Shown: positions 29,074-39,204, counted from the first letter of the stretch. The stretch is 64,000 bases of DNA from Planctomycetaceae bacterium (GCA_011523305.1 WTHB01000152.1:100270-164269); one strand, 5' to 3'. Notes: generated by a model from the sequence alone, not told the origin. A program made the numbers and translations.

Positions 29074-31290
29074 TCACTGCTCCACTCCCAAACTGTGAAA
29101 GCCCGCCTGGGGCTGGAAACGCTTGGACTCTGGCTTCGTGCTCAGATTGAAAACGGGGGGTTCGCTCTGCTGCAGTACGCTCTCGGCGAAGTAGTTTTCA
29201 CTGGAATGCTGCCTCAGAAAAATAGCTCCTCGCCCCTGAACAGCCTCTAGGCAATTGTTGAAGAAATAGTTGTTCGCTGTCGTCTTTTCTGCTGAGCGGC
29301 CACCCACAGCCATGCCACTGCCGTTTGGCTCCATTCCCTTCGCCGCCCGAACTCTGTTGCAGGCAACGACGTTCTTTTCAGTGATCCCTTTTACGGCCTC
29401 GGTCCACATGGAAATGCCGTGCACCTTGCTTTCTTCAATCTGATTCGCAAAGGCAATATTTTCTTTCACGCACTCCTCAAAGAATACGCCCGAATGACGT
29501 TCGTTGCCCGTGACGTGATTAAAGAGCGCTGCACTGTTGAAACAATAGGCGTCGAAGTCGATCGTAAAGTTCCCAGCCCGACAGGTGTTCCCGAGCGCGT
29601 ACACCCGTTTGGACACATGGGCCCAAATCCCCCGATGGCCCGCGGTACTGACCTCGCAGTCACGGATCACGAAAGGCCCCCGGTGTTTCTTCGAACTGAC
29701 TGCGTTCACCGGTGACGCACCACGGCCACCACTGCCCGGCCGCAGGTCGCAGGCAACCCCCTCAATCAGGAGCACATTCTTCGCGTCCGCGGCACTCACC
29801 GCTGAAAAGACTTTGCCTGCGGTCATGATCCGGCCACCGGAAAACGAGACGCACCCCTCACCTTTGAGTTCAATGAGTTCGAGCTTCTCACTGTCGCCGG
29901 CCACCTCATCCCGAATGATCTGCCCATCGAGAACGACACAGGCAAATCCGGGGATCTGCAACGAATCATTGCCTCGCAGGAAGAAGTCGCCGACCAATTG
30001 CACGACCAAGACTGCTTGTGGATAGGTTGCCCGAGCCGCCTTCAGTCGGTCGTTGACTTGACCGACCGACATCCCCTCGGCACCGGCCTCGACTGTCAGA
30101 TCAATCCGTGGTCGGGTCGCTGACGACTCCTCATCGCCCTTCCAAAGGTGCTGGGAACGATGCCGGTTTGCCGCTGTTGGCGGATCAAACATGGTGACGC
30201 CGCGTCCCACTCCAGCACCGATCGTCAGGCCAGTATTTGAGTACAGCGCGTTGCCTTTGCCACTGTCATGTCCATCAACGTTGTTCGTGTTTGCAAAGGT
30301 ATTCCAGCCAACCGTTGCGTCTGCTCCACGAAGAACGACACCGGTTGCATTCCGCTCAATTCGGTTCTCGTAGACCAAGCTGTACCGACTTGGGGCTGCC
30401 AGCCGAATGCCGACGTCATTGTCTGTCAGTTGATTGCGGGTCAGCACCACATTGGACGCGGTGACAGCTACGCCTGTCTGGCAGGACCTGCAGCAGACAT
30501 TGGCAACAATCGAGGAAGGCGCGTCGATAGCAATGCCGGTCTGCTCAACTGCGTCAATAATCGTGTCGAGCACAATGAAGGCTGGCGTCTCACCCACCAC
30601 GACTCCATTCCCCTGACACGCAGTGATCCGTGAACGAGTCAAGGAAACGGGGCTGTGATACTTTTCCACGCCTTGTCCCCGCACCCGGATACCATCTCCT
30701 CGACAGCCAGCCAGTGAGAGCTGATCCAGATGCACCCGGCCACTTCGTTCAATCAGGATGGCGGTCTCAATGCAATCACGACCGTTGAACATGAAGGCAT
30801 CGGTCGGCTCGCTTCGGCCCCGCGGGTCCGCGCGACCCTTGATGCTGACAAACTGGCTGTCTCGGACGAGCAATAGGGCTGCAGCCGTGCAGGATGAGGC
30901 CGCCACAAGTTGGCCGCCGGCTTCGAAGATCAGGCAGGTCTTGTCGGGAAGCGAGAGCGGCTGTGAGGTGATCTCAATCGGGCCGGTCAGACGAACCACC
31001 GTCACTGCATCCCGATGCTCCTGAAAGGCAGCATCCAGCCGTCGTTGCGCGGCCGCTGCCGACATGCCGCCAAGTTCAACGGTTCCCACCCGTTCATTAG
31101 GATCGATTATGAAGGGAAACGTGGGGTCTTGGTAAAAGTCTGCCAGGAGCGTTGGGACACCCCCTCGTCGCTGGTCATCAAACGACGCGGTACTCAGGAC
31201 CCGCGGAACGGAAGGCTCGTCAGCCGCGGGAAGCCACCCTCCCCACAGCAAACCCACCAACCAGAAAACAATCGCTAATGCATGCTGCAT
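29074..31290 (-). CDS. Secreted right-handed parallel beta-helix repeat protein (two tandem modules)
   Basis: Signal peptide present. Repeated short Gly/Asn/Val turns (NGVVVG, TGIAID, TGVAVT, DVGIRL, TGVVLRG). The N- and C-halves open with similar segments (GMSAAAAQRRLDAAF...AVTVVRLTG and GMSVGQVNDRLKAAR...AVLVVQLVG). Confidence 0.75.
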   Translation of the reverse strand: MQHALAIVFWLVGLLWGGWLPAADEPSVPRVLSTASFDDQRRGGVPTLLADFYQDPTFPFIIDPNERVGTVELGGMSAAAAQRRLDAAFQEHRDAVTVVRLTGPIEITSQPLSLPDKTCLIFEAGGQLVAASSCTAAALLLVRDSQFVSIKGRADPRGRSEPTDAFMFNGRDCIETAILIERSGRVHLDQLSLAGCRGDGIRVRGQGVEKYHSPVSLTRSRITACQGNGVVVGETPAFIVLDTIIDAVEQTGIAIDAPSSIVANVCCRSCQTGVAVTASNVVLTRNQLTDNDVGIRLAAPSRYSLVYENRIERNATGVVLRGADATVGWNTFANTNNVDGHDSGKGNALYSNTGLTIGAGVGRGVTMFDPPTAANRHRSQHLWKGDEESSATRPRIDLTVEAGAEGMSVGQVNDRLKAARATYPQAVLVVQLVGDFFLRGNDSLQIPGFACVVLDGQIIRDEVAGDSEKLELIELKGEGCVSFSGGRIMTAGKVFSAVSAADAKNVLLIEGVACDLRPGSGGRGASPVNAVSSKKHRGPFVIRDCEVSTAGHRGIWAHVSKRVYALGNTCRAGNFTIDFDAYCFNSAALFNHVTGNERHSGVFFEECVKENIAFANQIEESKVHGISMWTEAVKGITEKNVVACNRVRAAKGMEPNGSGMAVGGRSAEKTTANNYFFNNCLEAVQGRGAIFLRQHSSENYFAESVLQQSEPPVFNLSTKPESKRFQPQAGFHSLGVEQ

Positions 31291-31442
31291 ACCGCCACCT
31301 GTTGAAACTGTTCACTGCGCGGCAGACGACACTCGCCTCACATCGCTTGGTACGTGCCCTCCAGCGTAGGCGTCCGCAGGATGGCTCTGCAAGAAAAAGT
31401 GATCGTCACCAACGGTAGCATCGGCGTGCGACTGCTCGTGGC

Positions 31443-32393
31443 TCAGGCCGCGTCGTACCGGGGCTTTTCCAGCAGGGGAACCCCGGCCACATCAAAGCAG
31501 CTGACAATCGTGATGCCACAGCGGGCCGCATAGCCGATCAATTGATCGCGATCGACCAGAATCGTCTTTCCTGCCTCAATAGCCAGCACCCGCGCACCGG
31601 CAGCCCGAATCGACTGCAGCGTGCCAATGCCGATCGTTGGCATGTCGAACCGCTCGTCCTGCTGAGGCTTGGCTACCTTCACCACCGTCATTCCACCAGA
31701 TCGGCAGAGCTGCCCAGCCCGACGGATGCACTCATCAGTGCCTTCGATTGCCTCCAGTGCCAGCGGAGCCCGGTTCTTCACCACCACAGTCTGACCGATG
31801 TCGAGCCGGCCTAGTTCCTTCGCCAGCCGCCAACCAAAGGCAACGTCCGCCATGCGGCGTTTCGAGAGGGACTTACCCGCAAGGACCCCTTCGGTGGCCA
31901 GCAGTTCCGGCGCAAAGTCGGTGGCCGGACAGATCCGCACGCCCGACCGATCAAAGGCTGTGGCAATCGCCGCCAGCAGAGAGTCGTCCCGGTTGTCTTT
32001 CTTGCGGCTGACGACATGTGGCCAGAAGGTTCGCAGTCCCTTCCAGTCAGGCAGATGCCGGACCCAGCCCAACCGACGAAAGAGCTTTTTCTTGTGGATC
32101 TTGCCGGCCATGGTCGCCCGGAGCACGCCGTGCTGACGAAAGAAGTCGATCGCCTTGCCAATCTCGGCAACGCCAACTTCGCCATACACGTCCGCAAGGG
32201 AAGCGAGTGACTCTTCGGCATGGTGACGAATCGTCAGGATCGCAACCCGCCCACCCCGCCGCCGGATCGCCTCGGCCGTCGCGATCGGGAACCGCCCCCA
32301 GCCCGCCAGGATGCCAATCAGTTCACCGTCGAGGTCCGGTGCGGAGCCCTGGGCATGGTCAGCTGTCGCTGCTGTCATCGTGGTGTCGGTCAC
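31443..32393 (-). CDS. lpxI: UDP-2,3-diacylglucosamine diphosphatase LpxI (DUF1009)
   Basis: IGILAGWGRFP, DIGQTVVVKNRAPLALEAIEGTDECIRRAG and VVKVAKPQQDERFDMPTIG. It is adjacent to lpxD. GTG at 32393 or ATG at 32378. Confidence 0.8.
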   Translation of the reverse strand: MTDTTMTAATADHAQGSAPDLDGELIGILAGWGRFPIATAEAIRRRGGRVAILTIRHHAEESLASLADVYGEVGVAEIGKAIDFFRQHGVLRATMAGKIHKKKLFRRLGWVRHLPDWKGLRTFWPHVVSRKKDNRDDSLLAAIATAFDRSGVRICPATDFAPELLATEGVLAGKSLSKRRMADVAFGWRLAKELGRLDIGQTVVVKNRAPLALEAIEGTDECIRRAGQLCRSGGMTVVKVAKPQQDERFDMPTIGIGTLQSIRAAGARVLAIEAGKTILVDRDQLIGYAARCGITIVSCFDVAGVPLLEKPRYDAA

Positions 32394-32423
32394 TGTTCCA
32401 AGGCCACTCCAGCCACGCGTGGT

Positions 32424-33500
32424 TTAGGCCGCCCGCGACGACGCGTCGTCAGAGTCCGGCTGCTGCCCTTCCTCCAACGCATCAAGCCGCTTCCCGAACT
32501 GTTTAAGTTGCTTCCGCATTTCGGGCAGCTTCGACATCGCAGCAAGTTGGAGCTTGCGATCCTTCAGGTCGATCGCTGGTTCGCCGAGCACGGTTTTCTT
32601 GGCAGCGACGTCGTTGGAGACACCCGACCGGGCACCGAGCACGGCACCGTCACCGATGTGAATGTGATCCCGTAGGCCGCACTGGCCAGCCATGATCACC
32701 CACTCACCCGTACTGGTGCTGCCGGCAACGCCGACCTGGGAACAGATCATGTTATGGCTGCCGATGCGACAGTTGTGGGCAATCATCACCAGGTTGTCGA
32801 TCTTGGTGCCACTGCCAATTGTCGTTGGCCCGTAGGTGCCCCGATCGATGGTAGTGCCGGCACCGACCTCAACCCGATCGCCAAGCTCCACCCAGCCAAG
32901 CTGGGCAGACAGTTCCAGCCCATCAGCGGCTGGCTTGTAACCAAAGCCATAGGCACCCAGGACGGCATTGGCGTGAATGATGCAGTCGCGGCCAACCACG
33001 GTGTCTTCGTAGAGAACCGCCCCCGGAAAAATGGTCGTTCCCGCTCCGATCCGACAGCCTGCTGCCAGCCGCACGCCAGCATGCAGGGTGACCCCTTCCC
33101 CCAGGTCGCAATCGGGGCCAACAACCGCCAAAGGATGCACCTCCACATCACCGGCAAGCCGCGCCGAAGGGTCGATCACCGCCTGCGGGCTCACGCCGTG
33201 ACGCTGCAGAGAACGGACCGGGCGAAAATGCCTGACGATCCGGGCAAACGCGGCATGGACGTCGGCAACCTCAATGGTCGGTCGATCCTGAGGACCGACA
33301 CCCACCGGCACAATCGCTGCGGCGGCCCGGCTTTTTTCCAGGCTTGGCAGCCGCTCGACGGCATCGACCAGTGTCACCGCGGTCTCGGTGGCTGTCTCGA
33401 GGGTAGCTGCAGCGGTCACTCCCTCAGGGGCCAGCGCCTTGTCGGGCAAGACAAGTTGACCGCCAACGAGTTCGGCCAGCGTGGCGAGCGGAATCGACAT
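32424..33500 (-). CDS. lpxD: UDP-3-O-acylglucosamine N-acyltransferase LpxD
   Basis: It has an N-terminal LpxD domain followed by long left-handed beta-helix hexapeptide repeats (IGxxxxI/V). The HNCRIG and GSTSTGEWVIMAGQCG region is typical of LpxD. Confidence 0.9.
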   Translation of the reverse strand: MSIPLATLAELVGGQLVLPDKALAPEGVTAAATLETATETAVTLVDAVERLPSLEKSRAAAAIVPVGVGPQDRPTIEVADVHAAFARIVRHFRPVRSLQRHGVSPQAVIDPSARLAGDVEVHPLAVVGPDCDLGEGVTLHAGVRLAAGCRIGAGTTIFPGAVLYEDTVVGRDCIIHANAVLGAYGFGYKPAADGLELSAQLGWVELGDRVEVGAGTTIDRGTYGPTTIGSGTKIDNLVMIAHNCRIGSHNMICSQVGVAGSTSTGEWVIMAGQCGLRDHIHIGDGAVLGARSGVSNDVAAKKTVLGEPAIDLKDRKLQLAAMSKLPEMRKQLKQFGKRLDALEEGQQPDSDDASSRAA

Positions 33501-33559
33501 CAGACAACCTCCCTGCGCAGACGACCAGGCCGCCTCCGCTGACGGCTGTCGGGGGGAGA

Positions 33560-34063
33560 TTAGGGACCCGGCGGAGGGGACGCAAGATCGGCCGAGGCCG
33601 ATTCAGCCGCCCTGTCAGCCCGCCACAGCATGGCCACGGCCAGGACCAGCCGAAGCGTCCAGGCGATGGTTCGAATCCAGTTGGAATCGACCAGGAACCG
33701 ATGCGTTGCCGTATCCCAGCCGGCAGAAAGCCGCAGATGGCAGGGCACCTGCAGCAAAAACGTGCTGGCCCAGATGCCGGCCAGCAGCACCGCCCCTGCG
33801 AGGGGCATCCCGATGCCAAGCCCGCGGGGCCGTCGGACGAGCAGCCAGGCCGCCACCATGCCCTCGGTGAGCATCGGCGGAATCACCACGGGACCGGTAC
33901 GGGCTCGATGGGCCTGCTCCCAAGCGCCAAAGGTGTCGTGGGGCCAGCCCTCCATCAGCGGATAGTGGACCACCTGCACAAACCAGATCAGGCCGGTCAT
34001 GCAGCCGGTAGCGACGAGTTGCACGATCAGCGGCCAACGGCCAGCAGAAGCGGGGGATGGCAT
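33560..34063 (-). CDS. Integral membrane protein, DUF1772-like (tentative)
   Basis: Four hydrophobic helices. FVQVVHYPLM...W....H resembles DUF1772/anthrone-oxygenase-like membrane proteins. Its start shares one nucleotide with the upstream stop (TGATG). Confidence 0.5.
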   Translation of the reverse strand: MPSPASAGRWPLIVQLVATGCMTGLIWFVQVVHYPLMEGWPHDTFGAWEQAHRARTGPVVIPPMLTEGMVAAWLLVRRPRGLGIGMPLAGAVLLAGIWASTFLLQVPCHLRLSAGWDTATHRFLVDSNWIRTIAWTLRLVLAVAMLWRADRAAESASADLASPPPGP

Positions 34064-34413
34064 CAGGTTCCGATCGGAGCGAGTACCTCAACGGCATTCC
34101 CGGCGGGATCAGCGACATAGCAACTCCGGGTGCCATCCCGATGGGGCTTCAGCGTCCCAAACGCCTCTGCCTGAGGATGGATGAACCCGATGTGGGGTGG
34201 ATGCTGATCAGGAATCACCAGTGCCAGTCGGGTGTTGCCGAACTCAAGCAATGCCCAGGTCTCATCCTGATAGCCGATCTCACAACGGAAATGCCGGCGA
34301 TACCACTCGACCGCCTCAGCCACATTCTTGACCGCGATGGCAACATGGTGGATTTCATCGAGGGCCGCCTGGGGATCGGCGACAGGAAGGGAATCAGGCG
34401 CGGGTGCAGTCAT
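34063..34413 (-). CDS. VOC family protein (glyoxalase/bleomycin-resistance/dioxygenase fold)
   Basis: IHHVAIAVKNVAEAVEWY...LLEFGNTRLAL...HIGF...DPAGNAVEV is the typical betaalphabetabetabeta VOC pattern. Confidence 0.8.
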   Translation of the reverse strand: MTAPAPDSLPVADPQAALDEIHHVAIAVKNVAEAVEWYRRHFRCEIGYQDETWALLEFGNTRLALVIPDQHPPHIGFIHPQAEAFGTLKPHRDGTRSCYVADPAGNAVEVLAPIGT

Positions 34414-34524
34414 GGGAGCGAGTCCTGGTGGGTAGGGGCAATCAGAGTGATGAGTATACGCAAGGCATGGCGACCGGCACTGATCCTTCAGGCCGCTCGT
34501 CCATGCGAGGCAGGCCCGAGCCCG

Positions 34525-35262
34525 TCAACTGCGTGTCTTGAGATCGGCCAGGCCACCATCGATGCCAATCAACTGACCGGTCACCCAGGTGTTCTGCGGA
34601 TCGAGCAGCCAGCAGATGCCGCGGGCAACATCCTCCGGCTCACCCAGTCGGCCAGCCGGATGCATTGCCACCGAGGCCTTCTCGGCAAGTTCGTTGGCCA
34701 GAATCCCAGCCGCAAGGGGCGTTCGCACGAGACCGGGGGCAACCACATTGAAGCGGATCTTCGCCCGGGCATAGGTCGCCGCGGCCGAACGGGCCAGCCC
34801 GATCACGCCTGCCTTCGCCGCCGCCACTGCCTCGTGGTTGGCCAGGCCAAGGCGGGCTGCTGCGCTTGAGAGCAGCACCACCGAACCGCCCGTTGCCTTC
34901 AACAGCCGCCCGGCAGTGCGAACACAAGTAAAGGCGGTGGTCAGATTGGCTGCCAGGGTCGCCTGCCAGTCGTCCGGCGTTGTGAGATGGGCTGGCTTCA
35001 GCAGGATCGAGCCGACGCAGTTGGTCATGCCACTGAGCCCACCCAGTTCTTCGGCTGCCCGGTCCCCGCAGGCATCGACGGCATCGGCGTCGGTCGCCTC
35101 AACGGTTCCCCAGGGACAGCCGAGGGTTGTCGCGAGCTGTTCCAGCGGACCGGCCGTCCGCCCGGCCAAAAAAACCTGGCCGCCACCGGCAACGATCTGA
35201 TGGGCAACCGCCGAACCGATTCCGCCAGCCCCACCAATGATGAGCACCTTTTGCACGGTCAC
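34525..35262 (-). CDS. Short-chain dehydrogenase/reductase (SDR)
   Basis: VLIIGGAGGIGSAV (TGxxxGxG-like), NCVG, the catalytic-region SSAAA...AAKAG, and VAPGLVRTPL. The GTG start is uncertain (35262 or 35256). Confidence 0.85.
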   Translation of the reverse strand: MTVQKVLIIGGAGGIGSAVAHQIVAGGGQVFLAGRTAGPLEQLATTLGCPWGTVEATDADAVDACGDRAAEELGGLSGMTNCVGSILLKPAHLTTPDDWQATLAANLTTAFTCVRTAGRLLKATGGSVVLLSSAAARLGLANHEAVAAAKAGVIGLARSAAATYARAKIRFNVVAPGLVRTPLAAGILANELAEKASVAMHPAGRLGEPEDVARGICWLLDPQNTWVTGQLIGIDGGLADLKTRS

Positions 35263-35302
35263 CTCATGTTGCTCGTCTGCTGGTCACCCGCCGACCACTG
35301 GC

Positions 35303-36331
35303 TCAGAGCCAGTCTCCGATCGTCTGCTCAAGGTGAGCCTGCTCGGCCATGCTGCGGAGCTTGCCAATGGCTCGGGTCTGGATTTGCCTGATCCGCTCCT
35401 TGCAGACTCCCATCTCCACGCCGAGTTCGCGGAAGGTCTTGGGCTTCCCTCCATCGAATCCGAAGCGAGCCACAACAATCTGCTGCTCGCGGGGTTCCAG
35501 TTCCTCAAGGAACGTTGTGAACACATGCTTGAGATAGCCAACCTGCTCGGGCGTGCATGAATCGGGGTCGCGGGGCTCCTCCGCCCGATCCCTGACCGGT
35601 TCATCGTCGGATGCAAACCGGTTCCGCTGCTGGCGGCACTTTTGAGAAATTCGGAAGAAGTGCCGCTGGATGGCATAGGTGGCATAGGTGCTGAAGCGAT
35701 TGCCGAGGGCAAAGTTGAACTTTTCCACCGACCGCATCAATGCAACGTTTCCTTCGCTGATCAATTCGTCAAATGAAAGGCTCGGCTCGTTGAACTTCTT
35801 GGCGATCGAAACAACCAATCGCAGATTGGACGTGATCAGAATCGCCTTGACGGTCTCCGCTTCAGCCAGCAGACCTTCAACCTGCTTGAGTTGCTTCATC
35901 GTGGCCCGCTTGGGGTCGAGCCGATCGCGGCGGGTGACGGCTTGGAACTTCAACCAGTTCATTCGCCGGAAATAGAATTGCTCCTCATCCTTGGTTAGCA
36001 ACCGGGTCTGGTAGAGACTCGCCAGATACGGCGACAACGACCGACCTGCCGACGCCCGTGCCTCTGCTGCCGCCCGCTCAAGCGGAACCCCAGCATCAGC
36101 TGGCGGGGTACTCGCCAGCCGCTCAGCGTCGGGCTCAAGAAAGACATCCCCGCCGATGTACTCGATAGCCCGCTCAAATAAGGAGGCCCGCTTCCGAGCA
36201 AGGATGGTCTTCCGGCGTTTCTCTGCGGGCGTCAGCCCCCGACCAGAAACGATCGCAGGGCGTGTTCCGACCGTCTGGCGGCGGGCACTGGCAGTTTTGG
36301 GGAGACGTCGAGGCGAAGCAATCGCGATCAC
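35303..36331 (-). CDS. RNA polymerase sigma-70 family factor (regions 2-4 present)
   Basis: NLRLVVSIAKKF, GNVALMRSVEKFNFALGNRFSTYATYAIQRHF (region 2) and the C-terminal FRELGVEMGVCKERIRQIQTRAIGKLR (region 4 HTH). GTG start. Confidence 0.85.
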   Translation of the reverse strand: MIAIASPRRLPKTASARRQTVGTRPAIVSGRGLTPAEKRRKTILARKRASLFERAIEYIGGDVFLEPDAERLASTPPADAGVPLERAAAEARASAGRSLSPYLASLYQTRLLTKDEEQFYFRRMNWLKFQAVTRRDRLDPKRATMKQLKQVEGLLAEAETVKAILITSNLRLVVSIAKKFNEPSLSFDELISEGNVALMRSVEKFNFALGNRFSTYATYAIQRHFFRISQKCRQQRNRFASDDEPVRDRAEEPRDPDSCTPEQVGYLKHVFTTFLEELEPREQQIVVARFGFDGGKPKTFRELGVEMGVCKERIRQIQTRAIGKLRSMAEQAHLEQTIGDWL

Positions 36332-36515
36332 GGCTTAGATCCTTTCTCGCAGAACGACCGGCACCAAGGCAGGCGGCCAGTACAATGCCACATATCCTTA
36401 TGAACCGCAGATTCAGCCAGCGACTAACCGGTAGCCCAAAAAACCGGTTTCCCCCGGCCTTAACTGTCCAAAAAGCCCGCGACCCCGAGCCCCTCTTCCA
36501 CCAGCCAGCCTTGCC

Positions 36516-38069
36516 ATGCCCCGCCACCTTGTGCTTGTTCTCGGCGACCAACTCAACCGAAACACCGCCGCTCTGGATGGGTTCGACCCGCAGGCCGATC
36601 TGGTCTGGATGGCCGAGGTCGCTGAGGAATCGACCCAGGTATGGTCTCACAAGGCCCGGATCGTCACCTTTCTGGCGGCGATGCGGCACTTTCGTGACGA
36701 CCTGCTCGCCGAGGGCATTCCGGTTGACTACCGAGAACTCACCGCAGCCCCCACCGCTGGTGAACCAGACTCGCTGGCCGCGGCCCTGCGGGCCAGCCTC
36801 ACCCGCCTTGGGAAGGCCGGACAGGGGCCTGAGCGGCTCATCTGTGCCGAGCCGGGTGAGTGGCGGGTGCGGCAGGCCCTCGAAGCTGTGGCCGCTGATC
36901 TGAACCTGCCGCTGGAGATTCGCACTGACCGACACTTCTTCACGACCGTCGCAGAGTTTGCCGACCATGCCGCCGGCCGGAAGCAACTCCGACTGGAATA
37001 TTTTTATCGGCCGCTGCGGGAGCGGTTTGCCATCTTGATGGACGAGGGCGACCCCGCCGGTGGTCAGTGGAACTACGACGCCGACAACCGGGGAAGCTTT
37101 GGAAAGACGGGCCCCGGAGACCTGCCGCCCCCGCAACGCTTTCCTCCGGATACGGTCACTGAAGCAGTGATCGCCCTGGTTGAGGCTCGCTTTGCCACAC
37201 ACCCGGGCCGCCTGGCCGACTTCGACTGGCCGGTGACGCCACAGGATGCCCAAGCCGCCCTCCGCGACTTTGTCGGCCATCGGCTCAACAACTTTGGCAC
37301 CTATCAGGATGCGATCTGGACCGGCGAGCCCTGGCTCTACCATTCTCGGCTGGCGGCCGCGATGAACCTCAAACTGCTCGACCCACGTGACGTCGTCGCT
37401 GCGGCAGAAGATGCCTACCGCGCGGGAGACGCCCCGCTGCCGGCTGTCGAGGGCTTCATCCGGCAGATCCTGGGCTGGCGAGAGTATGTCCGCGGCATCT
37501 ACTGGCATCTGATGCCGGAGTATGCCCAGCGGAATGCCCTCGGGGCTGACCGGCCCCTGCCAGAATTTTTCTGGACGGCGGAGACCGAGATGAACTGTCT
37601 GCGGGATGCCCTCGGTCAGACGCTGAACCATGGCTACGCCCACCACATCCAACGGCTGATGGTGACTGGCCTGTATGCCATGCTCTTCGGGGTCACGCCC
37701 GAGGAGGTCCATCGCTGGTACCTCGCGGTCTATGTCGATGCGGTCGAGTGGGTGGAACTGCCCAACACAATCGGCATGAGCCAGTTCGCCGACGGGGGCG
37801 TGATGGCGTCAAAGCCCTACTGTGCCACCGGCGCTTATCTCGACCGGATGAGCAACGCCTGCAAGGGCTGCCGCTACAAGCCCAAGGTGGCCCAAGGCCC
37901 CGACGCCTGCCCCTTCACCACGCTCTACTGGGACTTCCTCGCTCGGCACGAGACACTGCTGAAGAAGAACCCCCGGATGACGATGCAGCTGAAAAACCTC
38001 AGCCGCAAGGATGCCGACGATCTCCGCGAAATCCGCCGGCAGGCCGACCGTCTGAGGAACTCCGGCTGA
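36516..38069 (+). CDS. Cryptochrome/photolyase family protein, FeS-BCP/(6-4) photolyase-like (PhrB/CryB type)
   Basis: N-terminal MPRHLVLVLGDQLN is typical of the photolyase-related family. GWREYVRGIYW and YAHHIQRLMV are present. Four Cys (NCL..., NACKGCRY, DACPF) sit where this family binds a 4Fe-4S cluster. Confidence 0.85.
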   Translation: MPRHLVLVLGDQLNRNTAALDGFDPQADLVWMAEVAEESTQVWSHKARIVTFLAAMRHFRDDLLAEGIPVDYRELTAAPTAGEPDSLAAALRASLTRLGKAGQGPERLICAEPGEWRVRQALEAVAADLNLPLEIRTDRHFFTTVAEFADHAAGRKQLRLEYFYRPLRERFAILMDEGDPAGGQWNYDADNRGSFGKTGPGDLPPPQRFPPDTVTEAVIALVEARFATHPGRLADFDWPVTPQDAQAALRDFVGHRLNNFGTYQDAIWTGEPWLYHSRLAAAMNLKLLDPRDVVAAAEDAYRAGDAPLPAVEGFIRQILGWREYVRGIYWHLMPEYAQRNALGADRPLPEFFWTAETEMNCLRDALGQTLNHGYAHHIQRLMVTGLYAMLFGVTPEEVHRWYLAVYVDAVEWVELPNTIGMSQFADGGVMASKPYCATGAYLDRMSNACKGCRYKPKVAQGPDACPFTTLYWDFLARHETLLKKNPRMTMQLKNLSRKDADDLREIRRQADRLRNSG

Positions 38070-38112
38070 GACCACCTGCGTAGGATTTCAGCGGGCCTCT
38101 CTACTTGCCTGC

Positions 38113-39204
38113 TCAGCCGGCGTCTTCGCTCGAACCGACGTTCAACGCACCTGCCCCGGGGGCGGTGCCGCGTTTGAGAAACCGTTCGGCGACGTCACTG
38201 CCAACGCGAATCACCCACCAGTCGCCCACCATTTCCGGTGCAATTCCGGCAAGCTCTGGCGTGGCCGTTGGCAGCACGGCCTCGCGAAAGCGGTCGAAGG
38301 CACGGTGGGAGGCCGTCCAGAGACCGATGAGTTCATCGGTCACCGCTGCTCGTGGCTCCCCGAGCACCCAGAGTTCAATCGGGGCACGAAGTTCGCTGGA
38401 TTCTTTCGGCAGGCTTCGTCCCTGCTGCTCAACATGCATCGAGCGGGCTTCAATCCAGTGAGCGTTCGCTGTGAACCGCCGGCTGCGGCCGGGACCTGCC
38501 TGTGTCAATAATGCCACCGTCTCTTTCCAAGGCAGATTGGCATTCAGGTCGGCGACGAGTTTGTCAGTCTGCTTTCCAAACGCCTCGAGGATGGTTTGCT
38601 GGAGATCGGCCCGCGCCTGGCTCTCGGCGGCTGGCCGCTGCCGCTCAATTTTTTGGCGAGCAAGGACCTGCATCATCCAGCCACGCAGGCCAGGTGGTGT
38701 CGCAATGCCGGTCACGTGAGAGTGATAACTGCAGTCAATCGTGCGATCACCCTTCTGGAAATTCATGCCATCAAAACTGATCTCCCGCCGCACATCGAAT
38801 TCAGCCAGCCCCCGGTTCAAAACTCGCACCGCTCCCTTCGCCGCGACGGTCGTGGTGCGGGTCGTCCCTTCAAAGTGCAGCACCAGCATCGGCTTGGTCT
38901 CATCAGCCTGTTTGGCCATCACGGGACGGCCATTGGTCACCGCCGTCCCGGTAACATGGGCACCGAACAGCCAGCGGTCGACTGGCGTCTGCTGATCGAC
39001 CACCGCCGGCGTGTGCTGACGGATGAACTCCTTAGAGACCCGCAGGACCAGGGTCCTGTTTTTGAGCCATTCAGTCGGTGGTGGCTTCGACTCGCCGCTG
39101 TCGGCCGCTGCTGCCACAGCAGCCAGGATCACCAACATCACAATGACACTGGCAAGCCACCGGGCTGACTGGAGTAACGACACAACGTTCGGCTTTGGGT
39201 CCAT
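38113..39204 (-). CDS. Hypothetical membrane-anchored/exported protein
   Basis: The ATG at 39204 gives MDPKPNVVSLLQSARWLASVIVMLVILAAVAAAA (N-terminal TM/signal). No family was recognised. The longer track ORF starts at 39255. Confidence 0.6.
   Translation of the reverse strand: MDPKPNVVSLLQSARWLASVIVMLVILAAVAAAADSGESKPPPTEWLKNRTLVLRVSKEFIRQHTPAVVDQQTPVDRWLFGAHVTGTAVTNGRPVMAKQADETKPMLVLHFEGTTRTTTVAAKGAVRVLNRGLAEFDVRREISFDGMNFQKGDRTIDCSYHSHVTGIATPPGLRGWMMQVLARQKIERQRPAAESQARADLQQTILEAFGKQTDKLVADLNANLPWKETVALLTQAGPGRSRRFTANAHWIEARSMHVEQQGRSLPKESSELRAPIELWVLGEPRAAVTDELIGLWTASHRAFDRFREAVLPTATPELAGIAPEMVGDWWVIRVGSDVAERFLKRGTAPGAGALNVGSSEDAG

Noticed and set aside
33668-33678. GGTTCGAATCC, a perfect tRNA T-loop-like string
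   Set aside because: The flanking bases cannot form a T-stem (GATGG vs CCAGT) or an acceptor stem, and the site lies inside a membrane-protein CDS. It is coincidental.
36174-37712. 512-aa minus-strand ORF antisense to the photolyase-like gene
   Set aside because: Same reasoning: the plus strand has the conserved photolyase-family motifs and the antisense product has none.
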